The notes under the pieces are model-generated. The model was not told the origin of the DNA. It saw only the letters and a program-made list of their open reading frames with translations, and did not search any database. Below are positions 49,201 to 60,100 of a stretch of 64,000 bases of DNA, piece after piece. Each line of letters starts with the position of its first letter. Within the stretch, counting starts at the first letter, position 1. The stretch covers positions 1 to 64,000 of the IMG/VR virus record IMGVR_UViG_3300009856_000010; one strand, 5' to 3'. A program made the translations under genes and the position numbers. This DNA is from a virus (lineage: Duplodnaviria; Heunggongvirae; Uroviricota; Caudoviricetes).

Positions 49201-49883
49201 TCCCTTTTTATACTGATTTCTTTGCCATCATTCCACTGTTTCGGCAGGGTATATGATTTTACCTGGTACAAACCAAACTCATCCTGCAACCTTTTCGTTT
49301 CAAAGTTGCTTTCGTCTGCCGACTTCTTATTGAAGTTAGGTCCAAAGGAATAAAGAAATACAGGCCGGTCATTGTGTACCTTTGCCGTGCGGTTTCCAGT
49401 CTCTTCCTTATACATTCGTTTGAGTTTACAGCCAAGTATTTGCAGGGCCTCGGGGGTAAAGTCGGCCATAAGTTCAAGGGTAAACTCATTCTGAGGGTTG
49501 CACTCTGAGATGTACCCATTCCTGCTATTATCGTCCAGTTCGGGGAGCGGGGTTTTCAGTATTTCGGAAAGGTTAGATAATATCTTCAGGTAATCTGCGC
49601 CGGTAGTAGACAATCCGCTGAGACGCGCTTCCAGTTCAATAGCCCCATATCCTGTAATCTTCAGTTCGTAACAGGAGAACTGAACAGCGTTGTATAAACC
49701 TCCCCGGCGATTCCCATTGCTTACACGGAAATGCGGTTTGGTGCTGTCCTTGCAGAAAGGGCAGAAATAGTAGGTGCTTTCCTTGTCGTTCTGCGTCTTG
49801 GCTTTCTTCATGCCATGGTGCGCAAGAACGGCGTGCAGGTCGGCGTTGGACAGTTCGTCTATGGGATTGTTATTAAATATCAT
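46290..49883 (-). CDS. primase/helicase fusion (1197 aa) ending in an SSB-like ...ADDLPF tail
   Basis: N-terminal zf-CHC2-like segment FCPFCKDSTKPHFRVS (DnaG-type primase zinc finger); Walker A EGECEGGSGKSS in the C-terminal half; C-terminus DDLPF. Confidence 0.55.
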   Translation of the reverse strand: MIFNNNPIDELSNADLHAVLAHHGMKKAKTQNDKESTYYFCPFCKDSTKPHFRVSNGNRRGGLYNAVQFSCYELKITGYGAIELEARLSGLSTTGADYLKILSNLSEILKTPLPELDDNSRNGYISECNPQNEFTLELMADFTPEALQILGCKLKRMYKEETGNRTAKVHNDRPVFLYSFGPNFNKKSADESNFETKRLQDEFGLYQVKSYTLPKQWNDGKEISIKRESHALFPIFAFVYYEESPKKKKAQWGQIFQPNWHDGDTTGRANFFFYRDGLTEYSVNRKLLGDMVSNKVFGGDLPVHAVKSQKTGEQLTTTYIKTVGEGKDQVEMEADLDDEDIRVENILLCKDGINAINAYYHLNSIRHTHSYNPNLEKIFYHVVWMADNMQNFEPYMFAQLKKLGTNKFLMFDIDNMGKKKAFQICKRFNDFRMALLPEVLKESPAMFVGGQHIPCRDIRSFFMNYNLTEDEQGAYDKDINLMLLSKLTAALPNQPLIYSEKRDKKTNKMLEYFYKLDLACIWQFMATEGYCREVESGSADRIGKYARIDRCFVSYFDNKSILAATLETLVGFAQRIARPGTEDFRKMSNAILPAKDINEKTAVTLPVMDIDYRRGYGPKLDYFFYRNGALRITPDNIEFVSYNEIDFHVNTAQILPFDFEMPCGKDNPPFTLSLNPEYETWKQRIAEMEENPECSRSMIDKEKAELMTWSQTHKWIFDFKGKEVKEWWEPLQVIRCFANQDFEKEEDLLRKGEQFSEEDERLLRARMANLLYSLGRPLFRYKDGGTNYFPYITENKVEKEGECEGGSGKSSFANTFMACAGKVLEINARNIDKDGDFHLLLAKYMHHEHRVIHWEDYRKGLDLGPLFNYVTSGFQYRQRHKDEIRVDLKDSPGHVVTSNYQLKLDSPSESGRIILTGFSSRFNRGDEKRKVAHRKISDVMPGFRKNPEDINLKSRSQMAYICAIGVQFCMNTDEKVLANMDMLYERSRTVSLGKAFKEWVEDFFSKPYIYNCPIDLDTIFSDYVEYCESSEDKKDKFAPITFKGKLEDYCREFNLVMLPDVCLNSKTNRDIRYMRTKAWCKVSYFSDPKVWEKDDKVEFRVLKHSTKVLFFCKKGEEPNTFEEVKDLCREYYTQPDPEPILDMDDNPITGLTLDQQTKWQQHLNRKQGNYGGGYNAPTVATSEPAKTGEAVADDLPF

Positions 49884-49895
49884 TGATTCTCAGGG

Positions 49896-50291
49896 TTACA
49901 GGTCGGCGGGGTCTACTCCCCACAGTTTGGGATACTTTATAATTTTGCTATACACATCCGGCGGATGATAGCCCCCTACCCCACTCCATCCGCTGAACTT
50001 TCCGCAGTATGGCGGAAGTACGGTGATTTTTCCTGTTTCTTGTTCATAGTCGAGATTGACAAAGAAATCCATGTTATTATAAATTTCGCACATGCCCACT
50101 ACCAGCGAGTAATTGGCGGGATCCTTTTTGCATAAGTTACCGACGAAGAAGTATTGTCCTACGTGAAGGGTAGAGAGGAAGGCGTATAGGGAGCGGTACA
50201 TGTTGTCGAATTTGTCCGCTCCCATATCTGCCCGTCGTTTCTTTACCCATGTGGCCTGTTTGAAATATGAGCCGCGTAGGGTTTTGAACAT
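49896..50291 (-). CDS. hypothetical protein (131 aa)
   Basis: ORF. Confidence 0.3.
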   Translation of the reverse strand: MFKTLRGSYFKQATWVKKRRADMGADKFDNMYRSLYAFLSTLHVGQYFFVGNLCKKDPANYSLVVGMCEIYNNMDFFVNLDYEQETGKITVLPPYCGKFSGWSGVGGYHPPDVYSKIIKYPKLWGVDPADL

Positions 50292-50548
50292 CAGTACTTC
50301 GGTGCGGCCTTATCGGGACCAGGATTGGCGAGGACTTTGTCGTTATCCAACGCAATGGGTGCTTTGGCTTTATCAATGTCAATGCGGGAAGTATCAAACC
50401 ATTGACCTTCTTTATAAACGCCATCAACTCCAACCTGTGGAGTTAAAAGATACTGATCACAACCACTGATATAGCTGCATGATCCGGTGATAATACCTGT
50501 AAAACCAGTAACAACGTCTTTTCCTGTAAATCCAAAATCGTTTCTCAT
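50291..50548 (-). CDS. hypothetical protein (85 aa)
   Basis: ORF. Confidence 0.25.
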   Translation of the reverse strand: MRNDFGFTGKDVVTGFTGIITGSCSYISGCDQYLLTPQVGVDGVYKEGQWFDTSRIDIDKAKAPIALDNDKVLANPGPDKAAPKY

Positions 50549-50560
50549 AATTGCATGTTT

Positions 50561-51175
50561 TTATTGTTCATTATTAAGTTTATCTCTTAACATTCTGTTT
50601 ACTTCGGTCACATTACGAGCCAATTGCATGGCGTCGGCCAATGATGAATGCTTTACCCAGTCTTTGTTTTTAGTCAGCACATCGTAAGGTTTATCCAATA
50701 CACCATGCACCAATTCAATGCCTTCTAAAATATATGTCCTGGCATCCCGCACCTGTGTGTGTTTCCATGGAACATCTTTTATCTGTAAGACGTTGCGGAT
50801 ACCCCAACGAAGAATAGGTATATCAAAGTCGCTACCTTGAGCCCAAATACATATTTCAACATCCTCCGGACCGCTAATGGATTCAACATAATTCACAAAG
50901 TTTTCCAACGCTTCCCTAATGGAAACCGGCGTTTGATTGGTTAATGCCGCTTTCGCTTCATCAGATTGTTCTGTCCAGAACTTCACAGTATCCTCCGAGA
51001 AGTGCATGCCCGAGAAAGCGCAAGTCGTTGCATTGACTGCTTCATAAAACTTCTGAATGTGCTCAATGATACCCTTCTCTTTATCGAATGGAACCGCTCC
51101 AATGCTCACAATAGCTGCGTTCTCATGTAGACTTAGCGTTTCGATATCTACAGCAATGTTTATTACCTTTTTCAT
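50561..51175 (-). CDS. DEDDh-type 3'-5' exonuclease (DnaQ-like, 204 aa)
   Basis: Exo I motif IAVDIETLSL and Exo III-like HSSLADA. Confidence 0.5.
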   Translation of the reverse strand: MKKVINIAVDIETLSLHENAAIVSIGAVPFDKEKGIIEHIQKFYEAVNATTCAFSGMHFSEDTVKFWTEQSDEAKAALTNQTPVSIREALENFVNYVESISGPEDVEICIWAQGSDFDIPILRWGIRNVLQIKDVPWKHTQVRDARTYILEGIELVHGVLDKPYDVLTKNKDWVKHSSLADAMQLARNVTEVNRMLRDKLNNEQ

Positions 51176-51516
51176 TCGTATCTTGCTTTTAAATTTAAAA
51201 ATTTGCTCCAGCGGATGAAATGTAACTCATACCCCATGGCAAAGAACATTTCCGTAATCATGCGCTCCAGATTCTTGTGCGACACCAATTTATGATCGAT
51301 ATACTTCATCGTCACCGTTACCCTATAATTGGAGTATCCTCGCCGATAGGGTTCATCTTCACTTGCGACTACACTAAACGACTTCATCACTCTTTGATTA
51401 AAGAGAGCCAGAAATACCCGCTCCACCTTTTCCTTCTCTATCAGTCGAAAAGAAAAGCGTTCTATGCAATCCGAGTCTTCGTCAATTTCATGTACGGCAA
51501 AGGCATCATCTCTCAT
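51172..51516 (-). CDS. hypothetical protein (114 aa)
   Basis: ORF. Confidence 0.3.
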   Translation of the reverse strand: MRDDAFAVHEIDEDSDCIERFSFRLIEKEKVERVFLALFNQRVMKSFSVVASEDEPYRRGYSNYRVTVTMKYIDHKLVSHKNLERMITEMFFAMGYELHFIRWSKFLNLKARYE

Positions 51517-52124
51517 ATTCTTTCATCTTTAACCAGGTTTATCAACTCTGCCAAATTGGTTGTTCCGGTACGCTTATATATTCGATTCATAAAGTTTTGA
51601 ATGCTCGATTTGGTTAACTGCATTACATCGGCGATCATCCCCGAATTTGTGGTACCCGATTGTATAAGATGCAACACCCTGCGTTCTTGCGGCGTAAACC
51701 CAAACTCCCTTTTCGCCCCACAGATAACCATAAAGGAATCTTTGTTCCGGTCGGCATATCCGTTCCATGGGCAAAAGGTTTGGCACCGGCATTGCCGGGG
51801 GTATTCCATTTTGAATCGAGTACCATCAAAATCCAGTTCGTGATCCAATTCACCAAAACAACAGGATAGGATAATGTGAACCACACGTAATACATACTGC
51901 CTTCTGTTTTGCTTAATCACCGCAAACAGACTGTTATTATATAGCTTTATATGTTGTTCTACGGCTTTTATCATGGTAGGATATCGACTGGATATTTCTT
52001 TCAATAGTTCCTCGCCGAATTCATATCCCTCCTGACTTTCTAAAGTGAAAGAAGTTTTGGGTTCAGCAGTCGTTATTTCCGTGATACCATTAAGCGATAT
52101 GTATGCTTCAAACTTACGCATCAA
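51513..52124 (-). CDS. LuxR/GerE-type HTH transcriptional regulator (203 aa)
   Basis: C-terminal segment LTPQERRVLHLIQSGTTNSGMIADVMQLTKSSIQNFMNRIYKRTG. Confidence 0.45.
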   Translation of the reverse strand: MMRKFEAYISLNGITEITTAEPKTSFTLESQEGYEFGEELLKEISSRYPTMIKAVEQHIKLYNNSLFAVIKQNRRQYVLRVVHIILSCCFGELDHELDFDGTRFKMEYPRQCRCQTFCPWNGYADRNKDSFMVICGAKREFGFTPQERRVLHLIQSGTTNSGMIADVMQLTKSSIQNFMNRIYKRTGTTNLAELINLVKDERI

Positions 52125-52515
52125 TCAAATCAACAAGGATTATAGACTCAATACCTTCCATTTCCCACGGCTTGAAATTGAATCCGGAAAACCGGCAAAT
52201 TACAGTCGTATTACCCATTCCAAACTCTTTCATGCGCTGTTTAAACAGCGATTTATTAGCCAAATGCTTGTAAAAAGTTTCATAGGAATCAAAATCTAAT
52301 TGGTTTTCATACGCGAACTGGTCTATTATTCTGCGTATGCCTCTCAATTCCCATTTATCAAATCCATCGCGAAAGAAACGGTTATATGCGGTACCATCCG
52401 ACATGCCTTTTTCTTGCATGGTTTCATATATCCTCCTCTTGTCCTCCGGAGAAAAATCATCGGATGTGGCACGGGTACCACACTTTAATATATTATCAAA
52501 CAATTCCTTTCGCAT
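52114..52515 (-). CDS. hypothetical protein (133 aa)
   Basis: First gene of the leftward transcription unit, diverging from the plus-strand regulator gene. Confidence 0.3.
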   Translation of the reverse strand: MRKELFDNILKCGTRATSDDFSPEDKRRIYETMQEKGMSDGTAYNRFFRDGFDKWELRGIRRIIDQFAYENQLDFDSYETFYKHLANKSLFKQRMKEFGMGNTTVICRFSGFNFKPWEMEGIESIILVDLIDA

Positions 52516-52635
52516 TATGCTGTTTATTTTTTAAATTTGAACACAAAGATATAACTTTCTTGATGAAAACATACGTATAATAATATTTTTCATTGAGATA
52601 ATGGATTTTTAACATTTTTATATGCTATATCGCGT

Positions 52636-53265
52636 ATGTTTAAATATAAAGCAACGAAAATAAAAGAACTGATCGCCAGCCGGACAATAAGGAAGGTGGA
52701 TCTTCGCAAACACTTTGATTACTCCAATGATGTGACTATTAACCGGTGGGAAAAAGGAGAGGAAATTTATGTCTCCAAACTTGCCGAAATCTGCAATTTA
52801 ACCAAGATGTCTATTTTGGAATTCTTTGAGTTCGACGAAAAAGACATAAAGCCCTATGGAATAAATACCCAAACTGAACCCGTAGTAACAGATATGCCTA
52901 TAACTGAAAGCGGATCCATAGAGCATATTCTAAAAAAAGAACGGGAAATCACCGAAATGAAACTCAAACATCAAAGTGAGATATTTGCTTTGAGAGAATC
53001 CCACATCAAAGAACTGACCCAAAATACGTTGAAGCTAAAGGAAGAAGAACGTGAAAACCTAAATAAACAACGCATACAGGACTGGGAACGCTTTGAGGAA
53101 AAGATGAAAGAGAAAGACCAGGAAATAACTTTGCTGAAAGAGGCTATGCTTGAGATGCAAATGCAATATAAAGAACTGGAATTGTCTACCTCGCACACAA
53201 CAACACGCACTAAAACACAATCGCTGGCGAATGAACCCGGCAGCACAACATACCAAAAAAAATGA
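52636..53265 (+). CDS. XRE-type HTH regulator with C-terminal coiled coil (209 aa), candidate repressor
   Basis: N-terminal HTH-like segment and a heptad-rich E/K/L C-terminal half; transcribed divergently from the main gene string. Confidence 0.4.
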   Translation: MFKYKATKIKELIASRTIRKVDLRKHFDYSNDVTINRWEKGEEIYVSKLAEICNLTKMSILEFFEFDEKDIKPYGINTQTEPVVTDMPITESGSIEHILKKEREITEMKLKHQSEIFALRESHIKELTQNTLKLKEEERENLNKQRIQDWERFEEKMKEKDQEITLLKEAMLEMQMQYKELELSTSHTTTRTKTQSLANEPGSTTYQKK

Positions 53266-54131
53266 AGAAAATAAAATTAAAGAAAAACAGTATTGCATCG
53301 TTATTATTAATAACGATGTTTTTTTCATGTGTAAACCACATCTCAGAAGAAGACACACAATCAACTAACTTGTCGATCGTAATAAATGGATACGAACAAA
53401 CTTTCTTTGATGACCCCACCAGGTCTACAGCAGCAGACGCATTCTCACGATTAACCGTATGTGTTTTTGCTAAAGGAGAAAAGACACAGGAAATAAAACA
53501 AATTTCAACAGAAAAAGATTTCGGAAATGTAAATTTAGTAATACCATACGGAGAACATCAGCTGGTTATTGTGGGACATAACAGTACCGGAGAAGCGATT
53601 GTCACTTCGCCTACAGCAATCTCGTTTATTGACGATCGGATAACGGATACATTTCATTATTACGAAGCAATCACCGTAGATAAAAATACACCGGAAGACT
53701 TAAACGTGGTACTTAATCGTTCTGTGGCCAAATTTGAGCTTGTGGCTACGGATATTATACCTTCCGATGCCAAAGAATTACATTTTACTATTACCGGTGC
53801 GGGAAAAGCATTAAACTCCGTTACCGGAATGGCTTCCGAGACCGTAAAGCAAGAAAAAACAATTAGTATCCCATCTTCGTATCTGAATACAAAGAACAAC
53901 ACCTTTATGTTCTATTCTTTTTTACCCGAAAATGAAACAGAAATAGAAGTTATAGCATCAGCAAGAAATACGAGCGATGTATCATTTCAAGAAGAAACCT
54001 TCACTAAAATTCCAATGAAGGTAAATCGCATAACCCGATACACTGGTGAGTTTTTTAGAAACGGAGCTTCTGTAACCGGAAACATTACAGTAAACAATAC
54101 TTGGGAAAATAATTTAGAGGTAGGGTTTTAA
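53262..54131 (+). CDS. lipoprotein, probably surface-exposed (289 aa)
   Basis: Signal peptide with lipobox FFSC followed by acidic/Ser residues (VNHISEEDTQS). Confidence 0.45.
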   Translation: MKKIKLKKNSIASLLLITMFFSCVNHISEEDTQSTNLSIVINGYEQTFFDDPTRSTAADAFSRLTVCVFAKGEKTQEIKQISTEKDFGNVNLVIPYGEHQLVIVGHNSTGEAIVTSPTAISFIDDRITDTFHYYEAITVDKNTPEDLNVVLNRSVAKFELVATDIIPSDAKELHFTITGAGKALNSVTGMASETVKQEKTISIPSSYLNTKNNTFMFYSFLPENETEIEVIASARNTSDVSFQEETFTKIPMKVNRITRYTGEFFRNGASVTGNITVNNTWENNLEVGF

Positions 54132-54138
54132 CCCCTAC

Positions 54139-57100
54139 CTACGATTTCCCGAATAATTTGTTCACCAGAGGATCACTCTTTTGCCTTTTGGCTTCATTCA
54201 ATCCGTTAATAACGTTTTGCATAAGAGGTCCTCTATCTATTCGTGCTCCAATACCATTTTCAAGCTGACGGTTTAGTTCGCTGTTTGTTCTGGTATTGGC
54301 ATCAATTACGCTCGCCATCGCTTCCAACATTGGGGCGAAACGCTCTTCGAAAACCGAACCAATAGCATCCTGCAATGATGTTTCGGAACCTCCATTGTCA
54401 GAAGAGCCAAATTGCTGTACGTTGCCCGCATCGTATGTACGATAAGATTTCCCGCTCCGGTTCTTATCAAATTGAACGATAGCTTTCATTAGATCGGGAC
54501 GGCTCATCATCATGGCAGCTGTGGTTTCTCTGCCGATAACCATTTCGGGCCCACGTTCGCCAACGAGTGCGGGCTGACCGTTGACGGTGGTAGCCACAGG
54601 GGAAGAAACCAAACCGGTAGACAGGTGATCCAAAGGGGTAGCACTATAGATGTGGCCATCATTGCCTATTGCTTGAACGTTTCCACTATCGTAGGTGAGC
54701 ATACCGGAAACAAGTTTGGTTTTAGTAACGGCTGCCGCCCCACTACCACCTCCACCAAACAATGAACCGACTTTGCCCATTGCTGCGGATAACAAGCCGT
54801 TAAGCAAAGCCGTAATAACAGCAATAAGAGGAATACCCCACCAACCGAGCTGTGCGATAGTTTGTGCGGATCCACTGGCAATACCAAGCACCGTATTCGC
54901 ACCTGCTTCGGCAGCCGATGTTGATACATTCTCGGCAGCTTGAGTTTTCTTTGCAATCACCGCTTGTTCGCCTATGCCAATCATAGCCTCGGTAACTGCG
55001 GCTGTTCCTTCGGTGGCAATAGTACCTTGTATATCTTGAGATTCAGATTCTACCTGTTCTTCTTCGTCCTTCTCACCTTTCTTGGCTTTGAGTTTGGATT
55101 TTCCCCACTTTACGGTTTCTTTCAGAATATCGCGCCCGGCTTTCTGTACGGACTTAACTTGGTTTTTACCCCCCTTTTTGTCGGTATCCGTCATATCTTC
55201 CTGGAACTCTTCTTCTCTCCGGGCCATGGCAGTACGGATGATTTGATGTTCAATTTGCTGTTTCACCCAATCAAGAATCATGTTTTTGGTGGCTTCGCCC
55301 ACACTGCGGACAAAATCCTCCATGGCTTTCTTCCTGTCCTCCAATCCCTCTTCACCACGAACAAAGACGGACTCGCCAAAGGCAGTACCAAAACTCTCCA
55401 TCGCATCGCCATACTCTTTCAGCCGGGAAAGACGTTCCTTGGTACTTTCTACCAGTTTTGCAGAGAGTTCGGAAGCTGCCTCTTGAACGGAAAGCATAGC
55501 TTCTTCTGTAGGCCGACCTTGCGATTCGAGATAGTTGTAAAAATCTTTTGCGGCTTCCAGTCGGTTTATGTACATCAACGTTTCTTGGTCCTGAATCATG
55601 GAAGGAGATGCTAAACCGATATCGCCATAAGCTTTATAAACATCAAGGGTGTCTTTATCTTTGGCTCCCTGAAGTTCATTGTCTTTGTATTGCTGCGTTC
55701 GCTGCCAACGCTCCTTTGCTATTTTCAATGAACGGTCTTTCGCTCTCTTTTCGGCTTCGGTAATGGCATCGCCATATTCAAGGGTCTTATAATAGAGGGT
55801 ACGATATTCATTGTCGGACATATTTAGCATCTGTGTACCAAATTCTTCCGAACTTGCGATAATATCCTTAAATGCTGCCAGTCCATCCGCAGAATTGATA
55901 TCTACATCATATAAACCGGAACTTATGCCGAGTAATTTCTTCATCCCAGCTTCGGCTGCTCTTTGCGCATCCGCATAACCATCTTCGGTTATATCGGCGT
56001 AATTGACAAAAAAGATACGGAGTTTCTCCAGTTGGTCTTGATACTGACGAGTAACCTGGCCGGTAAAATCATAACTCAACAACACTTTTTCAACTTCCGA
56101 CATCCGGTCGATCGTTATTTTCTGCATTTTCAGAATATCATCTTCCAGATTCTTCCAGATTCCGTCGTCTTCCTTTTCGCCAAACTTACGCAGATTGTTC
56201 CCTATCAGATCTAAATTCTTCTTCACCAGGTTATCAATGGCCTTCATAGAGTCTTCCGTCTTGGCCATATCAAAAAGAGGCAGGGATTCTAATTCTTCAC
56301 TCCATGAATTATCATCGCCATGAAGTTTTTTCCGGGCTTGGATACGAGTCTCCAAATGTTTATTCTGAATAGCGGTGAGTTCTTTTTCCCGTTGTTCTGT
56401 TGTTATCTTGCGGTCAATATAGGCTTGGTTGACCACCTGTTCTTGTTGTTTGTAGAACACTTCAATAGCGGACATGACGGCTTGGTATTCTCCACGAGCA
56501 GCTTTGAGTTCTTTATTACCCGTATTTCCTGTTTTTAAGAACTTTCCAAGTTCATTGTAACCCATGTTATTTAATTTGGCTTTCAACTCATCCAGTTGCG
56601 TCATCAAAGCATTCATTTCTTCTTCTCTGGATTTAAAGCCGCTTTCGGTAAATTGAGAGTAATCTTTGTCGGCCGCTATTTCTTTTCTCCAATCGAAAAG
56701 GGTTTTATATCTTTTCACTAACTGATCTACCGAAGCGGTTTCGATAGCAAAAGTCTCTCCTCCCCATGGGCTGGCTTTCTTGGGAGTATTATTTTCAATC
56801 CATTTGTTGTACCATTCCATAGAAGATTTCAGTTGGTCAAGCGCTTGGTGAGTAGGATTGTCTTTGATAAATTGGTTGGCAAAACCTACATATTGTTTTG
56901 CCGTATTCATAGCCATTCTCTTCGATTCTTCCGCTATAGCTTTATCGGTCGATTTCATTCCTGCCAGATAGCCATTCATATCAGTGGTTAAGCTATTAAG
57001 CAAATTTTGATTGGCTTTCGCCATATCTTTAGCAGAACCTTCTACAATGCTTTTACCAGCGACTGCACTTGCCGAAACTTCTGCCTGAACCCGCTTCTGT

Positions 57101-60100
57101 GTATCCACAAACTTTTGTACCTCTCCGGCTATCTCAATCCACTGTTGATAGGAATACCAATTTTTAAATTGATCGCCTAACCCTGTTTGAATGGCCCGAT
57201 TAATTTCACCTACCGACTTATCAATATTTTCAGTGGTAATTTTCTGCACCAAAGCCATAGCGTCGCTGGCAAATGTTTCCCCGATACCACGTTGTCCAGA
57301 GAATATATCATAAAGTTTAGACATAGACTCTGCTGCTTTATCGGCATACTTGTTTATCGAAGTCTGCCTCATGGCATCCTGCATTTCTAAGGCTATACGT
57401 TCCCGAAGTTTGGCATTAATGAGTTCATGAGCAGCAGCAACTTTTTCAGCACTATCTTTCTCAGACAACATAAAACCGAGATATGTTCCGTATTTATCAT
57501 TGATTTTCTGTATAAGCGATGCGCGTTCACCAGTCTCAGCATTTGCCTTTTCTAAAGCTCCGAAGATGGCATCTAACTCTATCTTTTCTTTTTGAAGTTT
57601 GGTGTTGAAATCCTGAATAGCAGCGGTAGCCGCACTTACTTTATCCTTAAATAATACGAAATAAGATACTACGGCAGTAATTGCACTTAGAAGTATACCA
57701 AACCAGTTTGCCTTCATAACTGCATTCAAACCTTTCCATGCTTTGGTACCTAAGTTTACATAAGTAGTTTTTGTGAATATAGCTTTCCCAACATTCAATA
57801 TTTTGGTTCCTATTGCGGCCCAATCGGCTTTGTTCATTAATGAAATATACTGTACCCAAGTTGCTCGCCCCAGTGTTAGTTGAACCGTTACAGCAGCTAA
57901 AGCAGATGCCAGCGTTCTTAATCCTGTATAGTTCCGGTCTAACCATTTAGGTATATTGCTGATTGCGGTTAATACCTGAGTCAGCCACTCTACCATCCTA
58001 CTATTAACAAAGTTCTCGCGGATGGCATTACCCATACGAGCAAGTATTGCAGCCGCATTCTCGTTTTTAATATTGTATTCATTAGTTACAGAAACAGCTT
58101 CGTCAAAAGCTTTATTAGAAGTATATAGTTGCGCTTTGAGCAACTCTGTGTTACCGATTAAGGACGAAAGTACAGCCGTCAATCTTGCCCCATCACTTCC
58201 TAAATCTCCCATCAACGGAGCCAACTCGGAAAGTCCACCACGTCGCGACAACCCCTCGAACACCATCATCGCAGCATCCATCGTTTTTCCGGCATCAAGC
58301 AGTTCTTTCAATGCAGATTCGGTAACTCCTGATACCTGGGCTACACCGCGAGTACTGGTTTGCAATGTGACTAAAAACTTGTTCAGGGCGGTAGCCGAGA
58401 CTTCCACGTTTTGTCCCAGCGCATCAGTGGTCCCTCCCAATCCTATGAGTTCGGCCATGGTTAGTTTGCTTTGAGCCGCTATACCACCTAATCGCTTGGC
58501 AAAATCAACCATATATCCCTCACTGGCCGTACTACTCTGCCCTATTTCATTGATAGCACTACCCGTAGCCAGCAAAGCCCGTTCTACACCCATCTTGGCT
58601 GTAAGCCCAAGCACATCACTGATCTTCATAAGATTTTTAACGGCTTCAGCTCCACCCAAATCTTCGCCCAACGCAACAACTAATTGGTTACCGGCACGAA
58701 CAAACTGCAATACGTTTGCTGTACCCGTAATACCGAGTTTACCAGCCTGAAAAGCTAAATCGTGAAGCTCTTGCTGAAGAGTACGAGTATCAATGCCATC
58801 AATTGCTTTGCTAAGTTCAGTTACCTGGTTAGTTGTCAAGCCTGTAGTCTTCTGAATATCAGCCAGAGAATCACTAAGTGCTATGTTGTCTTTAACTGCA
58901 CCGGTGATTTTATTTTTAATGACATTAAATACCCCATAGATACCAACGTATGCAGCCAGACGTTTCATCACACTTGCAATCGTTGAATCTTGCTGCTTCC
59001 AGCTTTTATTTACCTCGTCTAACTGTCGCTTAATGCGGGAATACTCTGCGGATTTTTTCACATAGTCTTCTGTTCCCCTGTTGGCCTTTCCTATTTCCTC
59101 CTCAAGCTGCTTGGCAGCCTGTTTAAGATCATCTAGTGATGCTGTTTTTATATTGTTGAGTACTTGCTGTACATCAACAGTCTGTCGTTCTGTTTCATCA
59201 AGTGCCCCATTTAATGCCTGTATTTGTTGGCGAATACCCTCCCGGCGAGGATCGCGCATGGTCATCTGGTTAAGTTGATTGTTCAACTCCGCAATAGCCT
59301 TCCGTATTTGTTCAGGAGAGAATGATTTAGGATCGGAAAGGATAGCGGCTACATCCAATGTTTCCCGTTGAACGTTATTTAAACGTTCAGCAATATGCTG
59401 CAACTGGTTATCCACTTCTTGCAAGCCTGTAGCATCAGTTGCTTGCAGTGAATCGCGAAACTCACGTAAAATGGCTGCTGCTTCTTTTAATTGCCCAATA
59501 GTAGCAGTATCGTCCGATACTAATGATTTGGCAGTATCAACCGACATTTTTTGTTGCTGTTCGGAGAATTGTGCAAGGTAATCTTTGGCTTGCTTTATTT
59601 TGTCGTTGTAATTATTCCACTCCTGACCACCAAGTACTACCGAATCGCGCATGCGCTCCATTTCGGCAATAGCCCCTTTGATGTCACTTGAACTTGCACT
59701 GGACAAATTACCCATAACTAAGTTAGGGTCCATTCTGGACAAATTATCCAGTGTTTTTTCAATCGATTTTATCTGCTGTTCCTGACGAATCCATTCTTGT
59801 GTTCCCCGCTCTGTACCCGACTGTACATCTCTAAGTTGTGTTAATGCCTTACGCAGTGTTTTTTCGCTGGCTGTATCAAGGTTTTGCATAACCTTTTCTA
59901 CATTCACATACCCTACTTCGAGTCTCTTAATTTGAGCAACGATCTGTTCATATTGAGATTTTAACTTATCTAATTTGTCAGAATCATTCCCTGTAAGGTT
60001 GTTCATCTCCTTAGCAGCAGATTTCAACGCTGAAACTAACATACCCCGAGAATTTCCCGCAAGGTTTTGAATTATATCATCCAGGTTAATGTATTCCTTC

